Shown: positions 45,954 to 57,046, counted from the first letter of the stretch. The stretch: 64,000 nt of DNA from Thermoplasmata archaeon (GCA_020348445.1 CP070751.1:1-64000); one strand, 5' to 3'. The notes: a model not told the origin generated them from the letters alone. Made by a program: numbers and translations.

Positions 45954-46241
45954 ATGATGACGAAAGTTGAGGGAAAAAACCGTGAACATAAGGTCACGAT
46001 ATATACATTGAGCACATGCGGTTGGTGCAAGAAAACAAAAAAACTTTTAAAAGACCTGGAAGTGGAGTACGAATACTTTGATATCGACATTTTAACAGGC
46101 GGGGAAGAAGGTAGGATTCGGGAAGAGATGAGAAAGCACAATCCCAGAATGGCTGCACCCACGATAGTTGTGGATGATGGAAAAGAGGTCATCGTGGGAT
46201 TTGAAGAAGAGAAGATAAGGAGGGCTCTTGGCCATGGCTGA
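45954..46241 (+). CDS. Glutaredoxin/NrdH-like redoxin
   Basis: LSTCGWCKKTK, APTIVV, VGF. Confidence 0.9.
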   Translation: MMTKVEGKNREHKVTIYTLSTCGWCKKTKKLLKDLEVEYEYFDIDILTGGEEGRIREEMRKHNPRMAAPTIVVDDGKEVIVGFEEEKIRRALGHG

Positions 46242-46779
46242 TAAAAATGCAATCCTAAATCGGACGAAAAAGAACGCAGAGGACAATGGCTATTATGTAT
46301 GTCCAGATGAGGATCTTTTAAAGGACCTCATCGATGGTTTGGCCACAAACGAGGACAGATACGGATATGGTGCCTGCCCATGCAGGATATCAAGCGGGCT
46401 AAAACAGTACGATTCAGATATCATATGCCCTTGCGAATACAGGGATGCCGATGTTGCCGAGTTCGGTATGTGCTACTGCGGGCTCTTCGTGTCAGAAACG
46501 ATAAAAAATGATCCCTCTAAAATGAAACCCGTTCCTGAAAGGCGTCCTGTGGAGGCCCAGGATGCAGGTATGGAGGCCAAGGCAAAAGCTGAATCTGGGG
46601 AAGAGATGCCCTCCCCTTCCGAATCCCATGAACATGTTCAAGTTGGAACAGACTCAAAAGGAATCCCTATCTGGCGGTGCGTAGTATGCGGCTATCTATG
46701 TGCAAGGGAACTGCCCCCACCCATATGCCCAATCTGTAAAGCCAAAGCCGATAAGTTCGAGAGATTCAGTTTTGGGTAG
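46234..46779 (+). CDS. Ferredoxin:thioredoxin reductase catalytic subunit fused to C-terminal rubredoxin-like domain
   Basis: CPC, CPC, CYC; WRCVVCGY..CPIC. Confidence 0.92.
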   Translation: MADKNAILNRTKKNAEDNGYYVCPDEDLLKDLIDGLATNEDRYGYGACPCRISSGLKQYDSDIICPCEYRDADVAEFGMCYCGLFVSETIKNDPSKMKPVPERRPVEAQDAGMEAKAKAESGEEMPSPSESHEHVQVGTDSKGIPIWRCVVCGYLCARELPPPICPICKAKADKFERFSFG

Positions 46780-46868
46780 ATTTTACCTGAAGGGCACTGA
46801 GCTTTCTATCCTTTTTCTCTTGTGGGATGAAAAAACATTAATACACCAAATAACACATTCCCCAAATC

Positions 46869-47765
46869 ATGCCCGAACCCGACAAAGAGACTGTGGTTGA
46901 CGCTGTCCAAAACGTTGCCGGAATTACGGTGGTCATTCTCGTGATTCTGGGCATAATCCAGATCGTTCTGAGTGCAACCATCTCAAAAAGTGTCGCACTC
47001 ACTGCCAATGGAATCGATTGCATAGGAGACGGCTTCGTCTCGGGTATAGTATGGGTTGGATTGAGATTTTTCAGAAAACCTGCAGATCATAGGTTCCATT
47101 TCGGTTACTATAAACTCGAAAACCTTGCTGCAATAGGAGCGGCAGTTGTCATGATAGTTTTGGCCTCGTACATAACATACAGATCATATTTACAGCTTAT
47201 CGACCCTCATGAAATCCAGCTGCCTCTAATTGGTGCCTTTGTTGCACTTATCGCAGCCCTTATCGCCTGGGGTCTTGGAGTCAAGAAGTACAAGGAATGG
47301 AAGCAGTCCAATTTAAGTTCCGTGAAATTGGATGCCTACAATACCATTAAAGACGGCACGGCATCCTTTTTGGCGGTAATCGCCCTTTTAGTTTCTGGAT
47401 ATGGATACCCTGTGGCCGATGCAGTTGTGGGTTTTGTGATAGCCGGGATAATTCTGAGTATCGGATTTGCCACTATAAAAGAGGCCAGTTACGTTTTGGT
47501 AGATGCATGTGACACTGAATGCATCGAGCAGGGTCAGGTCATGATGAAATTTATAAATGGAATCGAGGGTGTACATTCTGCCAAGGTGGTTAGGCTCAGA
47601 CGCACAGGTCCTGTACTTCAGGGGGAGATCGAGATTCATGTCCCAGGGGATATGTCAATCTCAGAGGTGAACAAGATTCGAAACAAGATCACCTCGCAAC
47701 TAAAGGAAACCATCCCCGATATAGAGAGGTTGACTGTTGTTGCCCTGCCTGAGAAGGAGGATTAA
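46869..47765 (+). CDS. Cation diffusion facilitator (FieF-like)
   Basis: Six TMs, PAD..FHFGY.K.E, C-terminal cytoplasmic domain. Confidence 0.9.
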   Translation: MPEPDKETVVDAVQNVAGITVVILVILGIIQIVLSATISKSVALTANGIDCIGDGFVSGIVWVGLRFFRKPADHRFHFGYYKLENLAAIGAAVVMIVLASYITYRSYLQLIDPHEIQLPLIGAFVALIAALIAWGLGVKKYKEWKQSNLSSVKLDAYNTIKDGTASFLAVIALLVSGYGYPVADAVVGFVIAGIILSIGFATIKEASYVLVDACDTECIEQGQVMMKFINGIEGVHSAKVVRLRRTGPVLQGEIEIHVPGDMSISEVNKIRNKITSQLKETIPDIERLTVVALPEKED

Positions 47766-47796
47766 AGTATTCAAGTAAAAAATGGAGGTGCAATGT

Positions 47797-48114
47797 ATGA
47801 CTTTAGAGCCAGAGGTTATGAAGGTTTCAGGCATGGTGGAGTACCAGGACGGCTCCGTAGTGAGCAGGACCCTAATCGATAAAGGCACAGGAACTGTTAC
47901 ATTGTTTGCCTTTGCCAAAGACCAGGGGCTAAGCGAGCACACTGCTCCGTTTGATGCCATGGTTCATATTATCGACGGTGAAGCCGAGATTATAATATCT
48001 GGAAAGAAGTATAATGTAAAAAACGGTGAAATGATAATCATGCCGGCAAACGAGCCCCATGCCCTGAACGCAACTGGAAAGTTCAAGATGATCCTTACGA
48101 TGATAAGATCTTGA
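47797..48114 (+). CDS. Cupin domain protein
   Basis: LSEHTAP, MPANEPHAL; start after GGAGGTG. Confidence 0.9.
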   Translation: MTLEPEVMKVSGMVEYQDGSVVSRTLIDKGTGTVTLFAFAKDQGLSEHTAPFDAMVHIIDGEAEIIISGKKYNVKNGEMIIMPANEPHALNATGKFKMILTMIRS

Positions 48115-48296
48115 ATTTTTACTTTTAGGATATATTATTGCAGGGGTAATTAAGATCCCAGTTGGGCAAAGGGATATTTTCGAGGAAAGCGAAGCTTTCC
48201 GAGTGGTGAATATAATTCGAAACATTTACATAGCCACTCATTATTTGGGTGTATGTATTGGAAATCTCTATAAAATAAAATGTAACGAGGGGGAAC

Positions 48297-48695
48297 ATGA
48301 CTGAAAAAAAGATCAGAGTTTTGATTGCAAAGCCCGGTTTAGATGGGCATGACAGAGGTGCCAAGGTCGTGGCAAGGGCCCTTCGGGACGCAGGCATGGA
48401 AGTGATTTACGTTGGCCTTAAGCAGACACCAGAGCAGATCGTGGAAACAGCGATTCAGGAGGATGTGGATGTAATTGGGCTCAGCTGCCTATCAGGGGCA
48501 CATACCTATCTGTTTCCAAAGGTCATGGAATTACTTAAGAAGAATAACGTCGAGGATATCCTGGTGACATGTGGCGGGATAATACCAGATGATGATGTGA
48601 AAACGCTAAACGAGGCGGGCATCAAGGGCATTTTTGGCCCTGGCTGCTCAACCGAGGATATTGTGGAGTTTATAAAACAGAATGTAAAAAGATGA
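48297..48695 (+). CDS. Cobalamin-binding small subunit of acyl-CoA mutase
   Basis: [10 protein letters not shown] (DxHxxG), GLS.LSGAH, GGIIP. Confidence 0.95.
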   Translation: MTEKKIRVLIAKPGLDGHDRGAKVVARALRDAGMEVIYVGLKQTPEQIVETAIQEDVDVIGLSCLSGAHTYLFPKVMELLKKNNVEDILVTCGGIIPDDDVKTLNEAGIKGIFGPGCSTEDIVEFIKQNVKR

Positions 48696-48717
48696 TTTTA
48701 TTTCCCAGGGTGCCAAA

Positions 48718-49665
48718 ATGAAGCTTGAAGAGGGTGTTTTGAAGAAGGACAGAAGAGCGCTGGCGAGACTCATCACGCTTGTGGAGAATGATTCTGATGA
48801 GGCGCAAGAAGCGCTTCGCGTTCTTCATTCACATACCGGTAAAGCCCACATAATAGGTATAACAGGGCCTCCCGGCGGAGGTAAGAGCACCTTGGTGGAC
48901 AAACTCGCAAAGGAGCTGAGAAAGCGAAATAAGACAGTTGGAATAGTTGCAGTTGATCCCACGAGCCCCTTTACTGGAGGAGCACTTTTGGGTGACAGAA
49001 TAAGAATGTCTGAATTGAGCACAGATTCTGATGTCTTCATAAGAAGCATGGGCACGAGAGGCGCCCTTGGGGGAGTCGCCCGGGCCACCTCCGATGTTGT
49101 TAAACTACTTGACGCGTTCGGTAAGGATACTATATTCATAGAGACAGTGGGAACAGGACAGGCCGAGGTTGATATAGTAAAAATCGCACACACCACGATT
49201 ATTGTCACGATGCCAGGTCTAGGCGATGATATCCAGACGATCAAAGCGGGCATCATGGAAATCGGGGACATATTTGTTGTGAACAAGGCTGATCGTCAAG
49301 ATGCCGACAAGAAGGTCATGGAAATTCAGGCCATGCTGGAATTGGGACAGAAAAAGAATTCCTGGGAACCCCCCGTGTTAAAAACCACTGCAAGAGATGG
49401 GGTGGGAATCCCAGAGCTTCTTGATTTGGCAGAGAATCATTATAGGTGGCTTTTGGAGTCTGGAAATCTGAAAAAAATGAGTATCGAGAAAAGCAGGGCC
49501 GAGCTGTTTTCCATAATCGAGCAAAACGTTGAAAAGGTGGTAGTGGATAGGGTGGATGAGGGTGAAATTGATAAATTATGCCAGCAAATTGCCAATAAAG
49601 AAATCGATCCATACAAGGCAGCGGACGAGGTACTTGCAAAAACTGGAATTAAATTGAAAAAATGA
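48718..49665 (+). CDS. meaB: Acyl-CoA mutase-associated GTPase
   Basis: GPPGGGKST, AVDPTSP.TGGALLGDRIRM, ETVGTGQAE, NKAD. Confidence 0.95.
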   Translation: MKLEEGVLKKDRRALARLITLVENDSDEAQEALRVLHSHTGKAHIIGITGPPGGGKSTLVDKLAKELRKRNKTVGIVAVDPTSPFTGGALLGDRIRMSELSTDSDVFIRSMGTRGALGGVARATSDVVKLLDAFGKDTIFIETVGTGQAEVDIVKIAHTTIIVTMPGLGDDIQTIKAGIMEIGDIFVVNKADRQDADKKVMEIQAMLELGQKKNSWEPPVLKTTARDGVGIPELLDLAENHYRWLLESGNLKKMSIEKSRAELFSIIEQNVEKVVVDRVDEGEIDKLCQQIANKEIDPYKAADEVLAKTGIKLKK

Positions 49666-49685
49666 CACAGGTATGAGGGAATAGA

Positions 49686-51365
49686 ATGGGTGAAGACAAA
49701 GATTTGAAGAAACCTTCAAGAAGTCGCAGGGATTGGGAAGATGACACCCTCAAAAAACATCTAGATAAACACCCTGAATGGAAAGAGGACTTCATCACCA
49801 CTTCAAGTGTTCCAATTAATCGACTTTACTCACCTGATGACATCAAGGATTTCGAGTACCTAAAAGACCTGAACTTTCCCAGCCAGTACCCCTATACAAG
49901 GGGAGTTCAACCCACGATGTACCGCGGAAAGCTTTGGACCATGAGGATGTTTTCTGGTTTCGGAACTGCCGAAGAATCCAATGAACGATACAAGTACCTT
50001 CTCGAGCACGGTGAAACAGGCCTTTCTGTTGCCTTCGACTTTCCAACACTATACGGTTTTGATACTGATCATCCCATGGCAAAAGGTGAGTTCGGAAAAT
50101 GCGGCGTTGCCATATCATCACTAAAGGATATGGAAATACTTTTTTCAGGCATCCCCATCGATAAGATCACAACGTCCATGACCATCAATGGTCCGGCAGC
50201 CATTTTATGGGCCATGTACATCGTCAATGCAGAAAAACAAGGCTTCTCAAAGGACCAGATAGGAGGAACCATTCAAAACGATATTCTGAAGGAGTACATA
50301 GCCCAAAAATCCTATATATTTCCCCCCGAACCCAGCATGAGACTGATCGTTGATACCTTCGAGTATGGATACAAACACGTTCCTAAATGGAACACCATAA
50401 GCATCTCAGGTTATCATATTCGCGAGGCTGGCTCCACAGCGGTGCAGGAATTGGCATTCACTCTTGCCGATGGCCTTGCCTATGTTGAGGAGGCAATAAA
50501 CCGCGGTCTTGATGTGGACGACTTTGCTCCGAGACTCTCCTTTTTCTTCAATGCCCACAACGATCTTTTCGAGGAGGTAGCCAAGTACAGGGCAGCAAGG
50601 AGAATCTGGGCCAGGGAGATGAAGGAAAGATTCAAGGCTAAAAATCCCAGATCATGGTGGTTGCGCTTCCATACCCAAACTGCGGGCTGTGCACTTACTG
50701 CCCAGCAGCCCGAGAACAACATCGTTCGGGTTACAATCCAAGCCCTTGCCGCTATTCTGGGCGGGACTCAATCCCTTCACACGAACTCCATGGACGAGGC
50801 CCTGGCCCTACCCTCAGCGAAGGCTGTTAGAATTGCCCTCAGAACCCAGCAGATCTTGGCCCATGAAAGCGGTGTTGCCAACACAATAGACCCTGTGGGA
50901 GGCAGTTATTTTATTGAAACCCTGACAAATCAGATGGAGGAGGAAACCTACAAGTACTTTGACAAAATCGATGCCCTGGGTGGAGTAATTCCCGCCATAG
51001 AAAAGGGATTCTTTCAAAAGGAGATAGCAAATGCCTCTTATCTGTATCAAAAGGAGATAGAGAAGAAAAAAAGAACGGTAGTGGGAGTAAACGATTATGT
51101 CCTTGATGAGCCTCTTAGAATCGAGCTGCTCAAGATGGACCCTGAAGGCGAGATGCGGCAGATCAACAGGCTCAAAGAATTAAGAGCAAAAAGGGACAAC
51201 AAAAAGGCCACAGAATCACTTGATACCCTGAAAAACAAGGCCGAGGGCAATGAAAATCTCATGCCATACATCATAGATTGCGTCAGTGCCTATTGCACCC
51301 TAGGTGAGATCACAGATGTTTTTAGAAATGTGTTCGGTGAATACAAAGAGGAGCCTATTTATTAG
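49686..51365 (+). CDS. Acyl-CoA mutase large subunit (methylmalonyl-CoA mutase family) with isobutyryl-CoA-mutase signature
   Basis: [41 protein letters not shown]. Confidence 0.92.
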   Translation: MGEDKDLKKPSRSRRDWEDDTLKKHLDKHPEWKEDFITTSSVPINRLYSPDDIKDFEYLKDLNFPSQYPYTRGVQPTMYRGKLWTMRMFSGFGTAEESNERYKYLLEHGETGLSVAFDFPTLYGFDTDHPMAKGEFGKCGVAISSLKDMEILFSGIPIDKITTSMTINGPAAILWAMYIVNAEKQGFSKDQIGGTIQNDILKEYIAQKSYIFPPEPSMRLIVDTFEYGYKHVPKWNTISISGYHIREAGSTAVQELAFTLADGLAYVEEAINRGLDVDDFAPRLSFFFNAHNDLFEEVAKYRAARRIWAREMKERFKAKNPRSWWLRFHTQTAGCALTAQQPENNIVRVTIQALAAILGGTQSLHTNSMDEALALPSAKAVRIALRTQQILAHESGVANTIDPVGGSYFIETLTNQMEEETYKYFDKIDALGGVIPAIEKGFFQKEIANASYLYQKEIEKKKRTVVGVNDYVLDEPLRIELLKMDPEGEMRQINRLKELRAKRDNKKATESLDTLKNKAEGNENLMPYIIDCVSAYCTLGEITDVFRNVFGEYKEEPIY

Positions 51366-51414
51366 TATTAAAAAATCCCCTTTTAATCCAAATCTGTTGC
51401 CCTAAAATCGAACA

Positions 51415-51981
51415 TTAGCTCCAATTTCTCTTGGGCTCCCGCCACGAAGTCTCGAACTTGCAGAACTTGTCTCCTTTGCCTCTGCACTTCACCTCTTCTA
51501 CAAAGGCATCATTTCTTCCGCACACAGCTGAGATGATCCCCTCCAAGAATCCTTCCATGCGTTTGCAGTAGAGTGGATTGGCTGGATAGTCACAGATATA
51601 TATGGTTGCTGAGGATTCGCTTTCCTTTTTAATCTCTATTTTTCCGAAATCGTTGAATCGACTCCAGTTGCTCTGCATCATGTTAAAAATGGTGATTGGA
51701 TCTGTTTTCTTCTTGTGATATTCAAAAAATTCCAGGGTCTTTGCCCTGTCGAAGCCGATTCGAAATATTATGTTTGGATCATTATGTTCAAAATTGCTAT
51801 TGATGACCTCCAAAAGGTCGATATACATCTCAAAAGGATACATTTTTTCAGGGTAAATATCTTCAATAGTTTTACCTGTTTCGCTAACAATCCAATTCAA
51901 TCCCTCTATTCCCTTCTTTCTTCTTATAAACTCCAAAGCATGGGTAAGATTATCTCCAGAAATGCGCAACTGCTCGTTCAT
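51415..51981 (-). CDS. V4R-domain protein
   Basis: FG.I.I...., C..MEGFLEG, EEVKC...GD.FC.F. Confidence 0.75.
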   Translation of the reverse strand: MNEQLRISGDNLTHALEFIRRKKGIEGLNWIVSETGKTIEDIYPEKMYPFEMYIDLLEVINSNFEHNDPNIIFRIGFDRAKTLEFFEYHKKKTDPITIFNMMQSNWSRFNDFGKIEIKKESESSATIYICDYPANPLYCKRMEGFLEGIISAVCGRNDAFVEEVKCRGKGDKFCKFETSWREPKRNWS

Positions 51982-52110
51982 TTCAACCCGTACATTAAAA
52001 AACGATAATCATGTTATTTAATGCTTTTTATATTATATTAATAAAATGATAATGTTATCAATGATCGTTTTTTACCCCCGGGAATCCTTTTTACTGACAG
52101 GGAGAAATGC

Positions 52111-52575
52111 CTATTTGTCAAACACGCTTTTGGCGTACACCATTATTTCAAGACTGTTTAACTCACCAACCAGTGTATTTTCATCATCAATAATGGGAAG
52201 ATCATTTAAATGATTCTCGACCATGAGTCGCACAGCATCCAGCACTTTGTGTCTGTTCGTTATGGTCACTGGTTGTTCCATGATCTCAGACACGTTTTCC
52301 TTGAGAACTCCAGAGAGGAACTTGAAGAATGATATCATTCCAGTCTCCCTTACACCAACAATATATCCTACATGTTTAAGAAGTGTCTCAATTGTTATGG
52401 CTCCTTTGAGTTTTCCTTCTTCGTCAACAACGTACACCTTGTGCGATGTGGAATCCTGGGTAATGGCATCCACAGCATCTTTGAGTATGGCATCCTCCTT
52501 TACAGTTGCGGGCTTTCCCACCATACTCTCGTGTATCTCTCCCACGGTAAGGTCCCTAAAATCCTTTTCAACCAT
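52111..52575 (-). CDS. CBS-pair protein
   Basis: Two CBS motifs (VYVVDEEGKLKGAIT; LPIIDDENTLVG). Confidence 0.9.
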   Translation of the reverse strand: MVEKDFRDLTVGEIHESMVGKPATVKEDAILKDAVDAITQDSTSHKVYVVDEEGKLKGAITIETLLKHVGYIVGVRETGMISFFKFLSGVLKENVSEIMEQPVTITNRHKVLDAVRLMVENHLNDLPIIDDENTLVGELNSLEIMVYAKSVFDK

Positions 52576-52586
52576 TCATATCACCC

Positions 52587-54140
52587 CTACTCCTTTTTAA
52601 CATGAACCACCCTTTGCGGGAACGGTATCTCGATTCCCGCCTTTTCGAACCTCTTGTAAATCTCGGTGTTGAGGTAGTCGATTACACCCAGCTTGTTATC
52701 CCTGTCGTCCACGATAACTTGAATAAAGAAATTGATGCTGGATTCACCTAGCTCATCGAATCTTATAATCGGTTTAAGGGCCTCGTCGTCTTTTATAATA
52801 TGCTCATTTTCTGCAAAAACCTTGTCGAGGATTTTTCTGACCTTTGCAGAATCAGTACCGTATGCCACGCCTATGGTCATCCTGATTCTCACCTTGTCAT
52901 ACGGATTTGAGTAGTTAATTATCTTGTCCCCTGCGAGTTTGTTGTTTGGAATGCTGATTAGGCTGGCGTCCTTGTATCGGAACAAGCGCGTGCTTCTCAG
53001 GCCGATGTCTCGAACTTCATACCAATCGCCATCTGGTAGGATTATTGTATCCCCCTCTACAAATGGGCGGTCAGTAAGAATAAATATCCCAGAGAAGAAA
53101 TTTGATAGGGTTTCCTGGGCTGCAAATGCTATGACCATGCTGATGACCACTCCACCAGCTACGAACATTGTCAAATCTATATTCATATATCCAAGTAGGT
53201 ATCCCAAGGCCAGTAAACCTATTATCACAACACCGATCTTCTCGACTATTGGAATGATCACATTGTCGATGTTGGAGGCTGTCTTCTCTGCGATTACTTG
53301 CCCATAGTACACTAGAATATCTTTAAACAGTTTGTAGGCCACGTAAAATAATATTAGAACAGCTGCTATTCCATAAAGAGCATTTAATATATCAATAACC
53401 ACAGAAGGGATTATATCTTCCAGGATAACCAGGGATGAGACAAAACCGTAGAAGAAAACCAAGATTAGAAGTGGAGTCCTTATGATCCTCAGAACTATAT
53501 CGTCGATCTCGGTTTTGGTTTTCAATGTAAATGCTTTTACGCATGGATCCAAAAGGAACACAAGAATAAGGGAACCAATGAGCCAAAAGATCACTGTAAG
53601 AAGAAATATGCCCCATTCGTTGTCCAGGGGAGAAGGCAGTGGATTTTCAAACCAGCCAAGGACCTTCTCTTCTTCAGGTTTAATAATATCTTCCAATGAT
53701 GTTAATGTGTACTTTTCATCCTCAAATACTTTCGATGCATTATGCGTAATTGTGAAAGTCAAAGTCACATTTGTCTTTCCCTCGTCTTTGTTTGAGGGGG
53801 CTGTCACAGTCAATGTAACCATTTTCCATTCCGTGGATCCAATTGTGAAAGGGGATTGAGGTTCGATTGTTGCCTCCCAATCGCTATTGCTATTGTCAAT
53901 AATTATGGCAACATCGTATGTTAAATCATCAGGATCTATATTATGTAAAGTCCAGTTGTAGGTTGTTGCTTCTCCTGAGGAAATCTCTCTCGAATATCCT
54001 TTGATTCTGTCGGAATCTTCGATTGTAACAACTTCATTGTCCGCTGTTGCACAAAATGCAAAAAAGGTCAATTGTAACAACATAATTATTAGAGTAATTA
54101 ACAAGGTTCTTTTAATTAGCTGTTTCTTTCGAATTTGCAT
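52587..54140 (-). CDS. mscS: MscS-family mechanosensitive channel with N-terminal extracellular Ig-like domain
   Basis: AFAAQETLSNFFSG, DRPF..GD, IGLRST, IPN, GIEIPFPQ. Confidence 0.9.
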   Translation of the reverse strand: MQIRKKQLIKRTLLITLIIMLLQLTFFAFCATADNEVVTIEDSDRIKGYSREISSGEATTYNWTLHNIDPDDLTYDVAIIIDNSNSDWEATIEPQSPFTIGSTEWKMVTLTVTAPSNKDEGKTNVTLTFTITHNASKVFEDEKYTLTSLEDIIKPEEEKVLGWFENPLPSPLDNEWGIFLLTVIFWLIGSLILVFLLDPCVKAFTLKTKTEIDDIVLRIIRTPLLILVFFYGFVSSLVILEDIIPSVVIDILNALYGIAAVLILFYVAYKLFKDILVYYGQVIAEKTASNIDNVIIPIVEKIGVVIIGLLALGYLLGYMNIDLTMFVAGGVVISMVIAFAAQETLSNFFSGIFILTDRPFVEGDTIILPDGDWYEVRDIGLRSTRLFRYKDASLISIPNNKLAGDKIINYSNPYDKVRIRMTIGVAYGTDSAKVRKILDKVFAENEHIIKDDEALKPIIRFDELGESSINFFIQVIVDDRDNKLGVIDYLNTEIYKRFEKAGIEIPFPQRVVHVKKE

Positions 54141-54295
54141 AACGTCTCTCCCCCTATCTCTCACCTGTAAAAGCAATTGTCATATGTATATCTTTCTATT
54201 CCGATTGGTTATGAGTATTTAGACATGTTATCATTCGGAAAGGATGTGAAAAAGTATGATATTCTCATTAATAAATGAACCTTATTATGATATCA

Positions 54296-57046
54296 CTACT
54301 TTTTTTTCATTCTTTTCTTTTCTTGTGCTATTCCTAAAAGCATCTTTGCCTCTTCACGTAGATGTGGGGGGGCTTTTTCGAGTAACTCTTCAGCTTTCCT
54401 TGAGGATTTTACTTTAGTTTCAATATATTTCGCTACTAGATTTACAGGTTCGAATGATGGATATATTTTCTCATCTTCAGAGAAATCCTTTTCAAAGCAT
54501 TCAAGGATTTCAAGAGTTTCCCAGATGAGAGTGGTTTTTCCCAAGTGGATAAAATTTTGAAAAAGAGTAAGTAAAAGTTGAACACCTAACTGGGTTGAAA
54601 CTCCAGGTTTTCTAAGGTTTTCAAGTAAGGATTCTAATTCTTCTCGAAAGTTAAAAGATGAGTTACTAACAATGAGGGTTTGAATCTTATTCGTCTTGAC
54701 GATAGATGCTATGACCCAGTCATCTTTTTCAGTTAAGAGAACCAATGCTTTATCATATGCTTCCATTGCTTCTTTATGTCTTCCGAGGTGAAAGAGTATA
54801 TTACCTTTGTTGTTCCAAGCATTGGCATATTTTGAATTGATTTTCAATGCTTTATCACATGCCTTAAGTGCTTTTTGATACTTTTTTAAGATAAAGAGAG
54901 TATTGCATTTGTTGTTCCATGCTTTTTCAAAATTTGGATTAATTTTCAAGGCCATCTCGAACACTTCTAAAGCCTTTTGGAGCCTTCCTAGTTCTTTAAG
55001 AGCAATGCCTTTATTGTTCCAAGCTTCAACTAGTTTTGGATTGATATCCAGGGCTTTTTCACAGGCCTCTAGACCTTTTAAAGGTTTTCCAAGATTCGTG
55101 AGAGCGAGGCCTTTATTGTTCCATGCCTCCGATAAATTGGGGTTGATTTCTAGAGCTTTTTCACAGGCTTCTAAAGCTTCAAGGTGCCTTCCAAGTTTGA
55201 TAAGAGCATTGCCTTTGTTATTCCATGCTTCTGCGAGATTTGGATTGATTTTTAGGGCTTTTTCACAAACCTTTAGACCTTCCTTGAATCTTCCAAGGTA
55301 TATAAGAGTGAGGCTTTTATTGTTCCATGCGATAAACAAATCAGGATCGATATCAATAGCTTTATTATAACTATCCAAGGCTTCCCTTAGTTTCCCTAAA
55401 AGACCAAGAGTGACACCTTTGTTGTACCATATAAGGGCATTATCAGGCTTAATCTTTAAAGCTTTATCAATTGCTTTTAATGCATCTTGGTATCTTTTAA
55501 GATAACCGAGAGTACTGCCTTTATTCACCCATGCTATAATATCATCTGGATTGATTTTTAAGGCTTTATTATATGCATCAAGAGCTTCTCGATGCCTTCC
55601 TCGGTTAAGATTAATCTCACCTATATTACGCCATCCACTAGCTTCAACTTCCCTATCTTTCTTTCTCTTTGCAGCTCTTATAGCTTTTTCAAAAACACCT
55701 AAAGCTTTATCAAGTTTTCCTTCTTCTACTAAAGTCATTCCCAATGTCATGGCCGCGGAGACATATTCCTCCTTTAGACTTTCAAAAGCACGTCTTATGG
55801 GAACTGAAGCCATGTCAGGGTCTGTTAAACCGCCGAATCGTTCTACAAATTCTTCTATAGTATAATATGCATGGATAAATTCCAGAATATACTTACCCTC
55901 AAATGTAGCATCCTTGACATGAGTTTTTAGGTACCATATACCAAAAATAGGATTGCTCAGGCGGTGGAATACCTTACGACCTTCCTTATGATGAACTGTA
56001 AGGAATCCTTTCTTCTTCAATTTGGAAAATAAAGCTCTATTTCGGCCCCGCTCATTCTCAGATCCATTCTCAAAGATATCCTCAAATGAAAAGTTAGCTT
56101 TAGTCATATTTGGTGAAAGGTTACGCACTATCTGACCAAAAACGTAACGCTCTTGCGAACTGAGTCCTGCATCGATTCCTTCAAAATAAGGTGATAGGCG
56201 ATCTAACATAGAATCAAACGACTTTGCGATGTCCTGAGGCTCCTCTAAAAGGAGCACCTCATACAATGAGACACCAAGCCGAGGATACCCAGAGGTTAGA
56301 TGATGCATAGATCTGATTTTTATCGATATTTCTTTTCTCAATTTTCCATTGTCATCTAAGAGGGTCTCTCCATCATAAAACCTAGCCATTCTTTCCATCA
56401 TATCTAGGAAATCTTTCTCGTTCAGAGGTTTTACATCGTGTACTTTGAAAAATGCCCAGAAACGAGATTTGTACTTCCATATTGACTTTGGTATTTCGGT
56501 TGCTGTTCCAATTAAAAGGATGTTACTATGGTTCTCAAGGAAGGCTCTCATTCCTTCAAAACCTTTATCACGCGGCCGCATTTCCATCAATTCTTGGAGA
56601 TTTTCCATCATTAAAACAATTTTCTTTTTATATAACTTCTCAAACCGTTTCTCAACTATTTCTAATTTTTCTTCAAAATATACTGCCGGTGTCTTTTCAA
56701 TAGGGAGGTTAAGTAGGCGATAAAGTTCCGTCGTAATACGTAAAAGGATATCGCTTAAATCTTGAGCATCATGAACGCATTTGTAATCAGTGAATAACAG
56801 CGGGATAATAGACTGTTTTTTGTTATATCGTTTGTATATTTTTTTTTCAAAAAAACGTAAAAGAGCACTCTTTCCAACCCCACGTTCTCCAACCAGTAAA
56901 AGATGATTTCGAGAATCATTCTTTATAAATTTGTTAACAGCGTTTTCCATAATTTTCAAAAGTTCCTCTCTGTCAGTGAATATATCATTAAGCTCAGCTG
57001 GGGAAAGCGCATCAGGATCAAAAAGTGGAGGGCTTCTCTTTACCAT
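54296..57046 (-). CDS. STAND-type ATPase - winged helix - TPR protein
   Basis: GERGVGKS, degenerate Walker B LMMENLQE, GYPRL, about ten AWNNKG TPRs; start MVKRSP at 57046. Confidence 0.85.
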   Translation of the reverse strand: MVKRSPPLFDPDALSPAELNDIFTDREELLKIMENAVNKFIKNDSRNHLLLVGERGVGKSALLRFFEKKIYKRYNKKQSIIPLLFTDYKCVHDAQDLSDILLRITTELYRLLNLPIEKTPAVYFEEKLEIVEKRFEKLYKKKIVLMMENLQELMEMRPRDKGFEGMRAFLENHSNILLIGTATEIPKSIWKYKSRFWAFFKVHDVKPLNEKDFLDMMERMARFYDGETLLDDNGKLRKEISIKIRSMHHLTSGYPRLGVSLYEVLLLEEPQDIAKSFDSMLDRLSPYFEGIDAGLSSQERYVFGQIVRNLSPNMTKANFSFEDIFENGSENERGRNRALFSKLKKKGFLTVHHKEGRKVFHRLSNPIFGIWYLKTHVKDATFEGKYILEFIHAYYTIEEFVERFGGLTDPDMASVPIRRAFESLKEEYVSAAMTLGMTLVEEGKLDKALGVFEKAIRAAKRKKDREVEASGWRNIGEINLNRGRHREALDAYNKALKINPDDIIAWVNKGSTLGYLKRYQDALKAIDKALKIKPDNALIWYNKGVTLGLLGKLREALDSYNKAIDIDPDLFIAWNNKSLTLIYLGRFKEGLKVCEKALKINPNLAEAWNNKGNALIKLGRHLEALEACEKALEINPNLSEAWNNKGLALTNLGKPLKGLEACEKALDINPKLVEAWNNKGIALKELGRLQKALEVFEMALKINPNFEKAWNNKCNTLFILKKYQKALKACDKALKINSKYANAWNNKGNILFHLGRHKEAMEAYDKALVLLTEKDDWVIASIVKTNKIQTLIVSNSSFNFREELESLLENLRKPGVSTQLGVQLLLTLFQNFIHLGKTTLIWETLEILECFEKDFSEDEKIYPSFEPVNLVAKYIETKVKSSRKAEELLEKAPPHLREEAKMLLGIAQEKKRMKKK

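Noticed and set aside
48115-48296. Cobalamin riboswitch before the mutase operon
   Set aside because: Only a 7-bp hairpin GGAAAGC-GAA-GCTTTCC (48184-48200) is seen; the conserved B12-box elements are not recognisable. An Rfam scan would settle it
54800-55560. Diversity-generating retroelement acting on TPR repeats
   Set aside because: No reverse transcriptase and no template/variable repeat pair with adenine-specific differences; ordinary repeat expansion explains it
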